A stretch of DNA of 64,000 nucleotides from Elusimicrobiaceae bacterium (GTDB lineage: Bacteria; Elusimicrobiota; Elusimicrobia; Elusimicrobiales; Elusimicrobiaceae). Positions within the stretch are counted from its first letter, which is position 1, and the number at the start of each line of letters is the position of its first letter. The notes below the pieces were generated by a model. That model worked only from the letters and a program-made list of their open reading frames with translations. It had not been told where the DNA came from and did not search any database. The DNA lies in assembly GCA_017528825.1 (NCBI GenBank), contig JAFXOI010000031.1, positions 26,033 through 90,032 of the forward strand, in the 5' to 3' direction. Position numbers and translations under genes: made by a program. This document shows, in pieces, positions 47,633-57,226 of this stretch.

Positions 47633-49096
47633 ATGAAACAGGAAAAGACAAGTTCTTCGTCGGTTGTACCGTCGCTTAACCCTGCTCAGGGACAGCACCG
47701 TCCGGCCGCGATGAACCCATACAAAAAGTGGGGAATAATCGGGGGACTTGTTTTTTTCCTGTTTTTGATTATATTTGTAATACCGGCAGGTAGTTGGCCG
47801 GGATTGCGTAAGGTAGTTAGCACGTTGGAAGAGGCGCCGCAAGCCCAGTCTTGGAGTGTAGGTCGTATCCTATGGACGTGGGCCCGCGCAGGGTTTCCGT
47901 TTCAATCGCAAGAAGCCCAGCAGTTATCGCTCTTTGACAGAAAGCAGTCAGTTGCGCAGACAACCGGAACTAAATCGGGACTGATTGATTTGGCCGCGGT
48001 GAATGTTTCTCGGCGCGCGCGCGGGTTGCGCGCGGATGGGATAGCAGGCGCGTACGAAGCAGAAGAAGGCGACGATAGAGCCGCTCTCTCCCGCCCTGTC
48101 GGGGACTGGAGTGACGAAGCAAAAGCGTCGGCCGAAAAATCCGCCAAAGCGGTGGATGTCTACTTGGGTACGGATGCAGATTTGCTGGCACGGGCGGATT
48201 CTTCCGCCGGTCAGGGTTCGGCCGATACGGCACAGATGCGTGCTCGTTCGGTTGTTGCCGGTACGGTAAGTTCCGATATGCTGGCCAGTGTGGCTGATAG
48301 CATGTCCGCTTCCACGGACGCGGCGTTGAGGCGAGCTTTGGCCGCTGCCGCCACAGCCTCTGCCAATACTAGTATCCGTAGCGGTACGGATTTGAGCCAA
48401 AAAGCCCAACAGGATTTAGCGCAAGTATTCGTGCTCACTAACATCGCCGAAAAAGCGCCGGAAGGGTTTAAGAACCAATTGGTTACCGCCGGATACATGG
48501 CGGGCACTGTATCTGCAGAAGCCTATGAAGCGGTCAGCGCGCCCAGTGTGTCTTTGCGCGGGGCAGAAAAGGTGGCTCCTTCAGCACAGACCGGAAAGAC
48601 CGAGGAACAATGCCAGCAACAGGCCAAGCAGACCAATGAGCAATTGGCCCCGGTGCTAGAGCGTTCCCGTGAGCTCATCCGCCACATTCGTCAGGGGGTA
48701 CCGCAAGGGTGCGGGGCGGAACTGAGTAACTGGAAAAGCAGTTTGATTCAAGTGCGTGAGCAATGCCAAACGGTCAAAAAACTATTTTTATCTATGAGAG
48801 ATGCCTGCGGCATGAACGTACCTAAGGAGGGCAGTTGCGAAACGGTTTATTTGGATGCGTATGCGGGCGAGTTGTCTGAGAAATGTGAAGCTCTGTCAAC
48901 GGCAAAAGCGCAAGTGCCGGTAGATAAGAGCCAAGTATCAGAGCTAACCGCGCAAATTAATACACTGGCGCAGACGTTTGATCAGATGCAGCTGGATAAT
49001 TCGTTTAACTTGCGGGTAGACGGTGTGTTAGGGACGAATGACTTTTTCCCACAGACCGATAACACCCAATGGTTGACGCAAGAAAAAGCCCAATAG
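47633..49096 (+). CDS. Ala-rich single-TM protein with six-Cys helical C-domain (array protein E)
   Basis: TM WGIIGGLVFFLFLIIFVIP. Cys in EEQC, PQGC, REQC, RDAC, EGSC, SEKC. SD aggag. Confidence 0.72.
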   Translation: MKQEKTSSSSVVPSLNPAQGQHRPAAMNPYKKWGIIGGLVFFLFLIIFVIPAGSWPGLRKVVSTLEEAPQAQSWSVGRILWTWARAGFPFQSQEAQQLSLFDRKQSVAQTTGTKSGLIDLAAVNVSRRARGLRADGIAGAYEAEEGDDRAALSRPVGDWSDEAKASAEKSAKAVDVYLGTDADLLARADSSAGQGSADTAQMRARSVVAGTVSSDMLASVADSMSASTDAALRRALAAAATASANTSIRSGTDLSQKAQQDLAQVFVLTNIAEKAPEGFKNQLVTAGYMAGTVSAEAYEAVSAPSVSLRGAEKVAPSAQTGKTEEQCQQQAKQTNEQLAPVLERSRELIRHIRQGVPQGCGAELSNWKSSLIQVREQCQTVKKLFLSMRDACGMNVPKEGSCETVYLDAYAGELSEKCEALSTAKAQVPVDKSQVSELTAQINTLAQTFDQMQLDNSFNLRVDGVLGTNDFFPQTDNTQWLTQEKAQ

Positions 49097-49126
49097 GCCT
49101 ATTTTGAAAAAGGGCCCAAAAAGTGG

Positions 49127-49155
49127 TTGACATTTTGAAATAATAATTCTTTAAT
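49127..49155 (+). promoter_or_regulatory. Sigma70-like promoter of the 1335-aa gene
   Basis: TTGACA 49127-32, 17 nt, TTTAAT 49150-55. Confidence 0.6.
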
Positions 49156-49263
49156 GGTAGTAGTAGGATTTGTAGTGTAGTAATCGGTCTTAGCGGGCCC
49201 GAGCGGTCGCTAAGGCCTAGCAGTACACCCCCAGTTGTGGGGGAAAACTAAAAGGAGAAAGTT

Positions 49264-52200
49264 ATGGCTGAAAATAAGAAGGATTCTTTCACCTTTAGCG
49301 ATAAGATTAAAAACAGCAAGCCTGCAGTTAATCCGTTCGCTAAGAAAGGTGCTTCTAAAATCGGCAATAATGGCAAGCCCAAACAGACCTTGTTTGAACG
49401 GTCTCGTCGTGATGCGCCCTTTATGGTAGCGGCGGCGGCGGCTTTGCTGATGTTGCCCTTTTTGTACAAATACAGCGGTAACGTCAATGATGACGTCATT
49501 GTACCGCCAGGGTCAGAAGATTCTATTTTTGATCCGGAACGCTTTGGGTTCTCTCCCAGCAACGAAGATCCCACCGGCCAGATTGCACAATTGGCGGGTC
49601 GTGATCCGCTGAGCCTGATTAAAGGCTGGGGCAACCCGGAAGAAGAGCAAGAAGCGGCAGAACCGGAATACGAATCCAGAGATGCGTTTGACCGGGATTA
49701 TACTCCGGCTCCGCGTCCGGATACGCCCAACTATCGGCAGACTGCTCCGGTAGCCACCCGTGCGGCTTTCCAAAGAACACCTACCAAGATTAAAGACTTG
49801 AGCGGTGCTTCTTTGAACTTGCGCGGTGGCGGCGGTGTGGGCAGCCGTTTTGGTGGTGCTCAATTAAAAGCTGCTGCCAGACAAAGCTCTGCCAGCGCTC
49901 CGAGAAGAGGAGCTCAAGCTCGCTCTTTAACTCCGTTGCGTTCAGCGGCTAATCCGTCTCGTTCTTACTTTGGTCAAGGCGGTGCGGCACAAGCTCGTGC
50001 ATCTCGTGATGCGTTGAGTAAAGCTAACGCAGCAGAAGCCTTACGCGACGCTATGTTTGCCCCGGTGAAAAACGAACGTGTGGGCGGACTGGCCGATGGT
50101 TTCTTTGCTTCGGGCGGTGGTCCGGGCAAAATTGACCGCAACATGAACTTCAAAGGTATGGAGCCGTGGTGGTGGGACATGATGAAACAACAAGAAATGG
50201 AGAGATGGAAATGGAACTATTTCTTGTGGAGAAAAGGCTTAGTAGAGCCGCTCATCGCCGCGTTAGCTCAAGTATTGGCTAAAATCGGTACGAACCTTAC
50301 TTGCTGTATCGTAATGGGTAACTCCGATTGTGATGCAGATACTTTTGTCGGTTCCAATGGAACGGGTAGTAAAGCTCCTGAATGTTGCGGAGTCAACGAA
50401 GAAAGATTCCGTGCTCAATTCCCCGCAATTTCTGCACTGTATCCAGACGATTTTAAAGCCGCTTGTGATGCTGCACGTAAAGGTGATAAAGGGAAACAAG
50501 ATTGTCCTAGCGGTTGGAAAGCCGGTCATAATTATGGCACCAAGATGAACGGTTTCCAAACCCGTTGGAAATGTTTGGGTGGTGTTGTGCATGGCTCTGG
50601 AGCTACGGAACTGCGTGACCGCTATAACTGCGAAGCTATCAATACTACGCAGAACTTTGAATTACAAGCCACCGGTCAAGCAGCTAAATGGAAAAACCAT
50701 TACCACGTGGTGGTAGTAGATAATTATGTGCCGTTCCCGGTAGGAGATGATAAATCTCACTATCTGTGCACCAGCATGGAAATGCCGGGTGCCAACTCAC
50801 AGAATCGTATCGCTCTGCAAAACGTGAATGGCCATTCCGAAGATCACAATGCCGGAAGACATACCAGTAGCGGACAAAAATATACGTATAAGGATAAAGA
50901 CGGCAAAACCGTTGATGCTCATACTACTGACATCGTGCGCGACAACATCAACGATGGTTGTGTAATCTATGTGGCCAAAGGCGATAATTTCAGATGGCCG
51001 ACGTTCAAATCTGAAACGATTGGACTGTTAAATGAAATGATTCCCGAAGACGCGGGTATTTCCGGTGAGGAAGCCTTTGCCCAATTGCGTTTACGTTTCA
51101 TTGAAGGCTATGCCATGAAACAAACCTTGGCAAGAAAATGGGAAAAAGCTAAAGGAAAACGTGTTCGCTCTAAGAGTGGCGGTACGCATCGCACGAATGT
51201 ATACAAAAAAGTCAGCGATGGTATGATTGACCAGTCCATCCTGCCTGTATCGTATGCGGACTTTGAAAGTTTCTACGTCTTGCACCGCAGCAGCGCTAAA
51301 CCGAGCGAGTCTCAAGCTCCTTATAGTGATCAGAAAAAACGCAAGTTTGCTGATACATATCAAGGAGTGGACAACTCTACTCGTACGTCTTTAGCAGATG
51401 ACGGTAAAGCAACTGCTATTCGCTCTGAGCAATGTGAGTTCAATAGCTTCCGTATTACGGCTAGAGAAATTGAGTATGTGGAGAAAGAGGGAACCGGAGA
51501 AAGCCAGTTGAGCATTGCTGCCAACCTGACCTTTGATCCGTTGCGCTATCCTAAACGGGAAGATTTGGTGGTGACGTTGACCATCAAAGGCGCTGACGGC
51601 AAGACCGTCATTGATAACCACACGCTCACGGATGCGGAGAAACTCACTTGGCAAGATGGTAATAGTTTTATTAAGTTAGAAAATGAGAAACCGGTGCGTG
51701 ATTATTTCAAAAATATTCCGGCCGGAGAGAAGAGATCTATCACGGCTTACTGGACGGCTACCGATCCTAAGACAAAGAAAGAGTCTAAAGATCAGACGTC
51801 GTATGGTTCTGAAAAGCCGATGATCCCGATAAAAACGAAGTCGCCTTGCGAGGAAGGACAGACTCTTTGGGAAGGCGAAGTGGACAAGGATGGTTGTCCC
51901 TTGTACAAAAAATGCGTTGATAACAAGTGGAGTACGGAGAAAGCAAAAGATCCGAACTGCCCTAATAACATCAAGAAATGTACTCCGGGAGACACTAAAA
52001 CCATTCCGAGTGCTGTTGAAGGGTGTGATGCGACCATCACCTGTGACGAACATGGTGAATGGGGCGGTAGCGTGACCGTGGACCCCGAATGTCTATCCAA
52101 CAAGATCAAAAACAAAATCAAAGGTGGGGCTAAGCAGTCATGTACGGAAGATGTGACCGTTACCAGCGGAGAATGTGTGTATGTGATTCCCTGCGAAAAT

Positions 52201-53271
52201 GGTCAATATAATCCCGAAGCGGCCAACTTGACAAATCCGGAATGTTTGAATAGCTTTAGCTCAGACATTGGTTTGTACTCTTTAGCAGGGCACATCATGG
52301 AAGTGCCTACAGTGTTGGAGAATCATGCTAAGAGTGCAGATGCAGGCTTTACTTTTGCCCCTGCACAAGGACCTATGTACTATACTCAGCAGCCTAAGCA
52401 TGATCAGGATGCCACCGCACTGAGCGGTAGAGCGGTTGACAACAGAAGCTCTGATAGCGCCAGAGAGTTTGTCAATGAGGTGTTATCAGAAGTGAATGAT
52501 CGGTTGAAATCGCAGAAAGCGGGATACGCCTTCGTGACATTGAAAGCAGGTGAGGCTCCTAGAATTCCGCAGTTTGTGGATGCTATGCTCCTTGCGAAGA
52601 ACACACTAGGTCGAACGAGTGTTCCCAAAGCTGCTGTGTGTACGATGGCTCGCGGGGTTGGGTTGTCTTCTTACGATCCGGTCAAAGTCAAACAGGATCT
52701 AAGCAATGAATTCGGCTCTTTCGCTATCTACACCGGTCTGTCTTCTGCCTATGTGCCGCGCCAAGATGTTGAAGAAATAGTGGACGGCGTAAAACAGACC
52801 AGAACTAACCAGCGGTTTGACACAGCACCTTATCAGGCCAATAGTTATATGAAGAGAGGGCTTCAAGGTATAACTAAGAGTGGTGTCCAAAGCCCTGTTC
52901 CTGATGATAAGGGTATAGAAGGCGCGATGGTGAATGGAAGATTCCCCTTAGCGGCATTACTGGAGGACGTGCAGTTTAGTAATGACTTAAAGAATCCCTT
53001 GAAAGGCCATTGGTGGGATGATATGTCTAAACCAGAAGTTTCTCAGAAAGTATATGATGAATATGATAACAAGATCGGAAGCATATTATTCCATGATACT
53101 GGCCGATGTAATTTATACGGAAGCCAAGAAATGAGTATTCAAGATGCCTTGAATTATATCGGCAAAGTGCTTGAGTTAGGCTTGGATTATAAACCGCTCT
53201 CCAAGAAGGACTCGAAGCCTGGAAAGACAAAAGTGCATAGTACTACTGGGCACGGAGGCAAGAACGGTTAA
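49264..53271 (+). CDS. 1335-aa single-TM protein with Gly-rich linker, Trp-rich helix and Cys-rich repeats (array protein F)
   Basis: TM PFMVAAAAALLMLPFLY, PWWWDMMK...WKWNYFLW, three C-x-C-x-C-x-PxC repeats at 51847-52245. SD aaggag. Confidence 0.78.
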   Translation: MAENKKDSFTFSDKIKNSKPAVNPFAKKGASKIGNNGKPKQTLFERSRRDAPFMVAAAAALLMLPFLYKYSGNVNDDVIVPPGSEDSIFDPERFGFSPSNEDPTGQIAQLAGRDPLSLIKGWGNPEEEQEAAEPEYESRDAFDRDYTPAPRPDTPNYRQTAPVATRAAFQRTPTKIKDLSGASLNLRGGGGVGSRFGGAQLKAAARQSSASAPRRGAQARSLTPLRSAANPSRSYFGQGGAAQARASRDALSKANAAEALRDAMFAPVKNERVGGLADGFFASGGGPGKIDRNMNFKGMEPWWWDMMKQQEMERWKWNYFLWRKGLVEPLIAALAQVLAKIGTNLTCCIVMGNSDCDADTFVGSNGTGSKAPECCGVNEERFRAQFPAISALYPDDFKAACDAARKGDKGKQDCPSGWKAGHNYGTKMNGFQTRWKCLGGVVHGSGATELRDRYNCEAINTTQNFELQATGQAAKWKNHYHVVVVDNYVPFPVGDDKSHYLCTSMEMPGANSQNRIALQNVNGHSEDHNAGRHTSSGQKYTYKDKDGKTVDAHTTDIVRDNINDGCVIYVAKGDNFRWPTFKSETIGLLNEMIPEDAGISGEEAFAQLRLRFIEGYAMKQTLARKWEKAKGKRVRSKSGGTHRTNVYKKVSDGMIDQSILPVSYADFESFYVLHRSSAKPSESQAPYSDQKKRKFADTYQGVDNSTRTSLADDGKATAIRSEQCEFNSFRITAREIEYVEKEGTGESQLSIAANLTFDPLRYPKREDLVVTLTIKGADGKTVIDNHTLTDAEKLTWQDGNSFIKLENEKPVRDYFKNIPAGEKRSITAYWTATDPKTKKESKDQTSYGSEKPMIPIKTKSPCEEGQTLWEGEVDKDGCPLYKKCVDNKWSTEKAKDPNCPNNIKKCTPGDTKTIPSAVEGCDATITCDEHGEWGGSVTVDPECLSNKIKNKIKGGAKQSCTEDVTVTSGECVYVIPCENGQYNPEAANLTNPECLNSFSSDIGLYSLAGHIMEVPTVLENHAKSADAGFTFAPAQGPMYYTQQPKHDQDATALSGRAVDNRSSDSAREFVNEVLSEVNDRLKSQKAGYAFVTLKAGEAPRIPQFVDAMLLAKNTLGRTSVPKAAVCTMARGVGLSSYDPVKVKQDLSNEFGSFAIYTGLSSAYVPRQDVEEIVDGVKQTRTNQRFDTAPYQANSYMKRGLQGITKSGVQSPVPDDKGIEGAMVNGRFPLAALLEDVQFSNDLKNPLKGHWWDDMSKPEVSQKVYDEYDNKIGSILFHDTGRCNLYGSQEMSIQDALNYIGKVLELGLDYKPLSKKDSKPGKTKVHSTTGHGGKNG

Positions 53272-53311
53272 CAAAGCGCTCAGATAACAAATACCAATAA
53301 GCGTATTTATC

Positions 53312-53349
53312 CCGCCCCGGTAGAAATACCGGGGCGGCTTTTTGTGTTT
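53312..53349 (+). terminator. Rho-independent terminator ending the array
   Basis: CCGCCCCGGTA-GAAA-TACCGGGGCGG then CTTTTTGTGTTTT. Confidence 0.88.
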
Positions 53350-53436
53350 TGGCTCCTCTGAGTGTTCTGTCGGCAATCTCCTGCTTATCCTTTTTTCCCG
53401 TTCGTTCCTTCCGTCAATTATTGCTACAATATACAT

Positions 53437-55119
53437 ATGTCTATTAGGAAAAATACCCTATTTGTCTTGTTTAGCGCTCTGCTGTGGGCCGCCGCCGTGC
53501 CCGCGTGGGCATTTTTCCCGTTTGACTTCGGTAAAAAAGAAATCAAAACCGACTATTCCCAAACCGTTTGGGACCGTATTATGTTAGATCAGTCCGTTTC
53601 CGATATGCGGCGCGGGATGGGGGAAATGTCTTTGGCCAGTTATCAGGCGGCGGCTAATTCATTTGCCAAAGCAATTATTAAAAACCCAAACGATGCGCTG
53701 CCGCATTTCTTGTACGGTGCTTCTTTGTATTGGAGCGGAAAGGTGGATGATGCTATGAGCGAGTACCGCGAGGGCTTGCGCTTAGAGCCGCGCGATGCCA
53801 TGGGGTATCAGCTGATGGGTATTGCCTGGGGGTGGAAAGGGGATATTGCTCAAGCTCAGGAAAATTTCTTAAAAGCCACCCAATTAAACCCGCTTAAAGC
53901 AGACAGCCACATGAATTTGGGTTCTACCTATGCCGCTCAGCATGAGTGGGAAAAGGCATTGGATGAGTATCGCCGCGCCGTGGAACTGATGCCGCGTGAG
54001 CCTTTGTATCATTATCAGTTGGGCACTTTGTATGACTTTATGGGCAGAGACAGCCAGGCCGAAGAATCTTATCACAAGGCCTTGAAGTATTTTTCCCGTT
54101 ATGAAGATGCACAGCTGGCACTGGCGGCTCTGTACGAAAAACAAGACCACACCGAAGAAGCGTTGAAGTATTACAAAAAAGCAGTGAAAACCAAACCCGG
54201 AGATTTTGTGGCACGCCTGCGATACGGTTATTTGCTCACGCGTCTGGGGCGACGCGAAGAAGCGCGGGCCGTATTAGAGGAGGCATTTTCTATTGCTCCA
54301 TTTAAGTCAGACGGGCTGGCTCTTAATGCCGTGTACCGCGCTAGCGGACAGAACGCCGACGATTTCCAAAAACAAATTGATCAGTTTAAGCAGAATTTGC
54401 TCAAAGTGCCGGCCGGAAAAGATATTAATGTGCAAGTAAATTTGGATTATCAGCCGTTAGCTACCCCCGCCGCTTCCGGCGATAAAAACAGTAAATTTGC
54501 AGAGGCCTATCAAAGTTTGCGTGCCTCCTCCGCTGTGGCAGACGGTGCAACCCCCATGTCTTTCCAGCGCAGTTTTGTATTAAACGCCACCGATGAAAAC
54601 ACCCGCGCCTCGCAAGTGGAAAATTTTACGCAAGAGCTTACCCGCGCGGCCACCATGGGGGGAGATAAATATCAAGTAAGTATGACCTTGCAAGGGCGCA
54701 CGATGGATTATACGTCCCCGTCTGCTTTGACCCAAAACCGCACGGTGGCCCCCAAAGCGGTGTATGACCCGCGCATTGTGGGAAATGATATGGGACTATG
54801 GGTCATGGGCAAAACATGGATACGGTATGTGGAAGATATTGCGGCTGACTTGCAGGAAGAAAAAATGAACGGCGCGGAATATTCCATTTTACAGGGACTG
54901 GCGGCCCTGCTTGCCGGACAAGCCGGAGCGGCACGGGATATTTTTGCCGAGGCGGCCTCGCAAAATTCGAAGGATGTTTTGCCCTTATTAGGCCTAGGTA
55001 CGGCGGCGGTTATTGCGGCAGACGACGAGCAAGCCGCGGCGTATTACCGGCAAGTGCTCTCTTTGCAACCTCATCATAAAGTGGCCACGCGCAATCTGAA
55101 AATTTTGGAGAATCAATGA
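53437..55119 (+). CDS. Exported tetratricopeptide repeat protein
   Basis: Signal peptide MSIRKN...PAWA and many TPRs (NPLKADSHMNLG, PREPLYHYQLG). ATG 53437. Confidence 0.85.
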   Translation: MSIRKNTLFVLFSALLWAAAVPAWAFFPFDFGKKEIKTDYSQTVWDRIMLDQSVSDMRRGMGEMSLASYQAAANSFAKAIIKNPNDALPHFLYGASLYWSGKVDDAMSEYREGLRLEPRDAMGYQLMGIAWGWKGDIAQAQENFLKATQLNPLKADSHMNLGSTYAAQHEWEKALDEYRRAVELMPREPLYHYQLGTLYDFMGRDSQAEESYHKALKYFSRYEDAQLALAALYEKQDHTEEALKYYKKAVKTKPGDFVARLRYGYLLTRLGRREEARAVLEEAFSIAPFKSDGLALNAVYRASGQNADDFQKQIDQFKQNLLKVPAGKDINVQVNLDYQPLATPAASGDKNSKFAEAYQSLRASSAVADGATPMSFQRSFVLNATDENTRASQVENFTQELTRAATMGGDKYQVSMTLQGRTMDYTSPSALTQNRTVAPKAVYDPRIVGNDMGLWVMGKTWIRYVEDIAADLQEEKMNGAEYSILQGLAALLAGQAGAARDIFAEAASQNSKDVLPLLGLGTAAVIAADDEQAAAYYRQVLSLQPHHKVATRNLKILENQ

Positions 55120-55877
55120 AAAAATACGGGCAACATTTTTTAGTAAATGCGCGTATTATTGACGGTATTATTCAAGCAGTACCGGCAGGGGTGGCAGATG
55201 TGCTGGAAATCGGGCCGGGGCGAGGAGCTTTGACCGAGAAACTGCTTGAAAAGAATTTCCCTTGTTTTACGGCGGTGGAAATTGACCCCGAAATGGAAAG
55301 CTATCTGCAAGCACATTTTCCGCAACTCGCAGGCCGATTGGTGCGGGCGGATTTTATGCGTTTTGATTTGCAACAATTGCCTGCGCGGCCCACTTGGGTG
55401 GTGAGTAATTTGCCCTACATAGATGCGGCGGATATTTTGGACAAAGTGCTATCTTGGGAGCATTTTGCGGGAGCTGTTTTTATGTTTCAGAAGGAACAGG
55501 CAGACCGCATTTTGGCACGTGCCGGCCAAACAGGGTACGGCCCCTTATCTATTTTGACTCAAGTGCGCAGTAAGCCTGCTTTACTGCTCAAGGTGGGAAA
55601 GGCTTGTTTTAATCCGCCTCCGAAGGTAGAAAGCGCAGTACTGACTTTTGAAAAAACAGATTGGCAAGTACCTCCGCAGCAATATGCACGCTTTGCTCGC
55701 TTGATAAAAGCGGCCTTTCAACACCGGCGTAAAACTTTATTTAATTCCTTGTCTTTGTGTGGGTATGATAAAGAGAAAGTGCAAGGTGCTTTGACGCAAA
55801 GCCAACTACCCGCCACTGTGCGCGCTCAAGACGTGCCGCTGGAACATTTTTTATCTCTGTTTACTTTTCTAAAGTAA
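55116..55877 (+). CDS. rsmA: 16S rRNA dimethyladenosine transferase
   Basis: KKYGQHFL, LEIGPGRG, VSNLPY, FNPPPKVES. Confidence 0.94.
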   Translation: MKKYGQHFLVNARIIDGIIQAVPAGVADVLEIGPGRGALTEKLLEKNFPCFTAVEIDPEMESYLQAHFPQLAGRLVRADFMRFDLQQLPARPTWVVSNLPYIDAADILDKVLSWEHFAGAVFMFQKEQADRILARAGQTGYGPLSILTQVRSKPALLLKVGKACFNPPPKVESAVLTFEKTDWQVPPQQYARFARLIKAAFQHRRKTLFNSLSLCGYDKEKVQGALTQSQLPATVRAQDVPLEHFLSLFTFLK

Positions 55878-56835
55878 CCAGTCCTGCTTTAATTTCGAAA
55901 ATCTGTTGGAAAGGATCAAACGGTTTGACCTCAGATAAATTCAATTTTTGCGCGGCAACGTTCAAGAGAGTTTGTATCTCTTTTTCTTGCGGAGTATAGT
56001 AATGTCCGCTGTCCAGCATGGCTTCCAAGGGCACCAGTCCCACCAGTTCACATCCCGTAGCTTGCAATCCCATTTGAGTTGCGTATCGTTGACAGGTTTG
56101 ATAAACCAAGTGTAATGGAGTTTGACGAAAATCTACAATGTTGCAGGATACTTGCGCCCGTTTGAAATTTTCCATGTACCATCCGATTGCTTTTACGCCG
56201 GGCAACCCACCGTTACTTTCGCGAATGCGGGCGGCTATTTTTTGCGCCGCTTGGACATCACGGGTGTTCAGATTGATATTAAACGCAATTAAAAAATTAC
56301 GCGCTCCAATGATACAGGCTCCTGTTTTTTGTACATGTGCATTAATTTCTTGCGGGCCGAAATCAGGCGGTAAGGTGCGTAATTTTTTAGGTAAATTTTC
56401 GTATTGGCCGCTACGGATAAAAGCTAAATTTTTTCGTTCTTCTTGGCGGGCGGCCGCTTCATATAAATAAACCGGAATTTGTAATTCTTGGCCGACGCGG
56501 TGCGCCAATTGCCGGGCCAGTTGGGCCGTTTGTTTGAGCGAAATATCTTTGATGGGAATCAGCGGGCATACATCCACCGCGCCTATGCGCGGATGTGTTC
56601 CGTGTTGCATGCGCATGTCCAGTAGTTGTGTGGTTTTGTCAATAAATCCAAACAATGCTTCCAATAAAGCAGCAGGCTCTGCTACCAGCGTGTAAACGGT
56701 GCGATTGGCGGAGGGATTACTGTCTATATGTAACAGTTGCACGGCGCGACAGGTGCGCCAATACGCGGCCAGTGTTTGTAGCACGGCTGTATTTTTCCCT
56801 TCCGATATGTTTGGCACAGCTTCTATCAGCGGCAT
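55861..56835 (-). CDS. ftcD: Glutamate formimidoyltransferase (FTCD transferase domain)
   Basis: EAVPNISEG, NRTVYT, GTHPRIGAVDVCP, GARNFLIAFNINL, QVSCN, ELVGLVP. Confidence 0.9.
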   Translation of the reverse strand: MPLIEAVPNISEGKNTAVLQTLAAYWRTCRAVQLLHIDSNPSANRTVYTLVAEPAALLEALFGFIDKTTQLLDMRMQHGTHPRIGAVDVCPLIPIKDISLKQTAQLARQLAHRVGQELQIPVYLYEAAARQEERKNLAFIRSGQYENLPKKLRTLPPDFGPQEINAHVQKTGACIIGARNFLIAFNINLNTRDVQAAQKIAARIRESNGGLPGVKAIGWYMENFKRAQVSCNIVDFRQTPLHLVYQTCQRYATQMGLQATGCELVGLVPLEAMLDSGHYYTPQEKEIQTLLNVAAQKLNLSEVKPFDPFQQIFEIKAGLVTLEK

Positions 56836-56958
56836 ATTTGTATTATATACAAATTGAGCCGTAAAAAAATATGCTAAAAATAATAAGTTATGCTATAATA
56901 AATATAGATATCTATTAAGTTTAGATATCTGATATCAAAAAAGGAAGTAAAAAGTAAA

Positions 56959-57162
56959 ATGGCAAATGGAAAAGTAAAATGGTTTAACGACCAAAAAGGT
57001 TATGGTTTCATCACGCCCGAAGATGGTTCTAAAGATCTCTTTGTGCACTATCAAGAAATTCAGGGCGATGGTTTCAAAACCTTGGCAGAAGGCCAGGAAG
57101 TAGAATTCGAAATCGTTGAATCCGAAAAAGGCCCGAAAGCCGTGAAAGTCGTTAAAAAATAA
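56959..57162 (+). CDS. csp: Cold-shock protein
   Basis: [26 protein letters not shown]. Confidence 0.96.
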   Translation: MANGKVKWFNDQKGYGFITPEDGSKDLFVHYQEIQGDGFKTLAEGQEVEFEIVESEKGPKAVKVVKK

Positions 57163-57187
57163 ATTTTTATTTTTTAGACTTTTCAAG

Positions 57188-57213
57188 ACCCGCTCCCCAG
57201 GGGCGGGTTTTTT
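57188..57213 (+). terminator. Rho-independent terminator after csp
   Basis: ACCCGC...GCGGGT followed by a T-run. Confidence 0.75.
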
Positions 57214-57226
57214 AGTGGAGTAGAAA

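Noticed and set aside
56901-56936. AGATATCT/GATATC palindromes upstream of csp as an operator
   Set aside because: Short palindromes in very AT-rich sequence with irregular spacing; could be chance.
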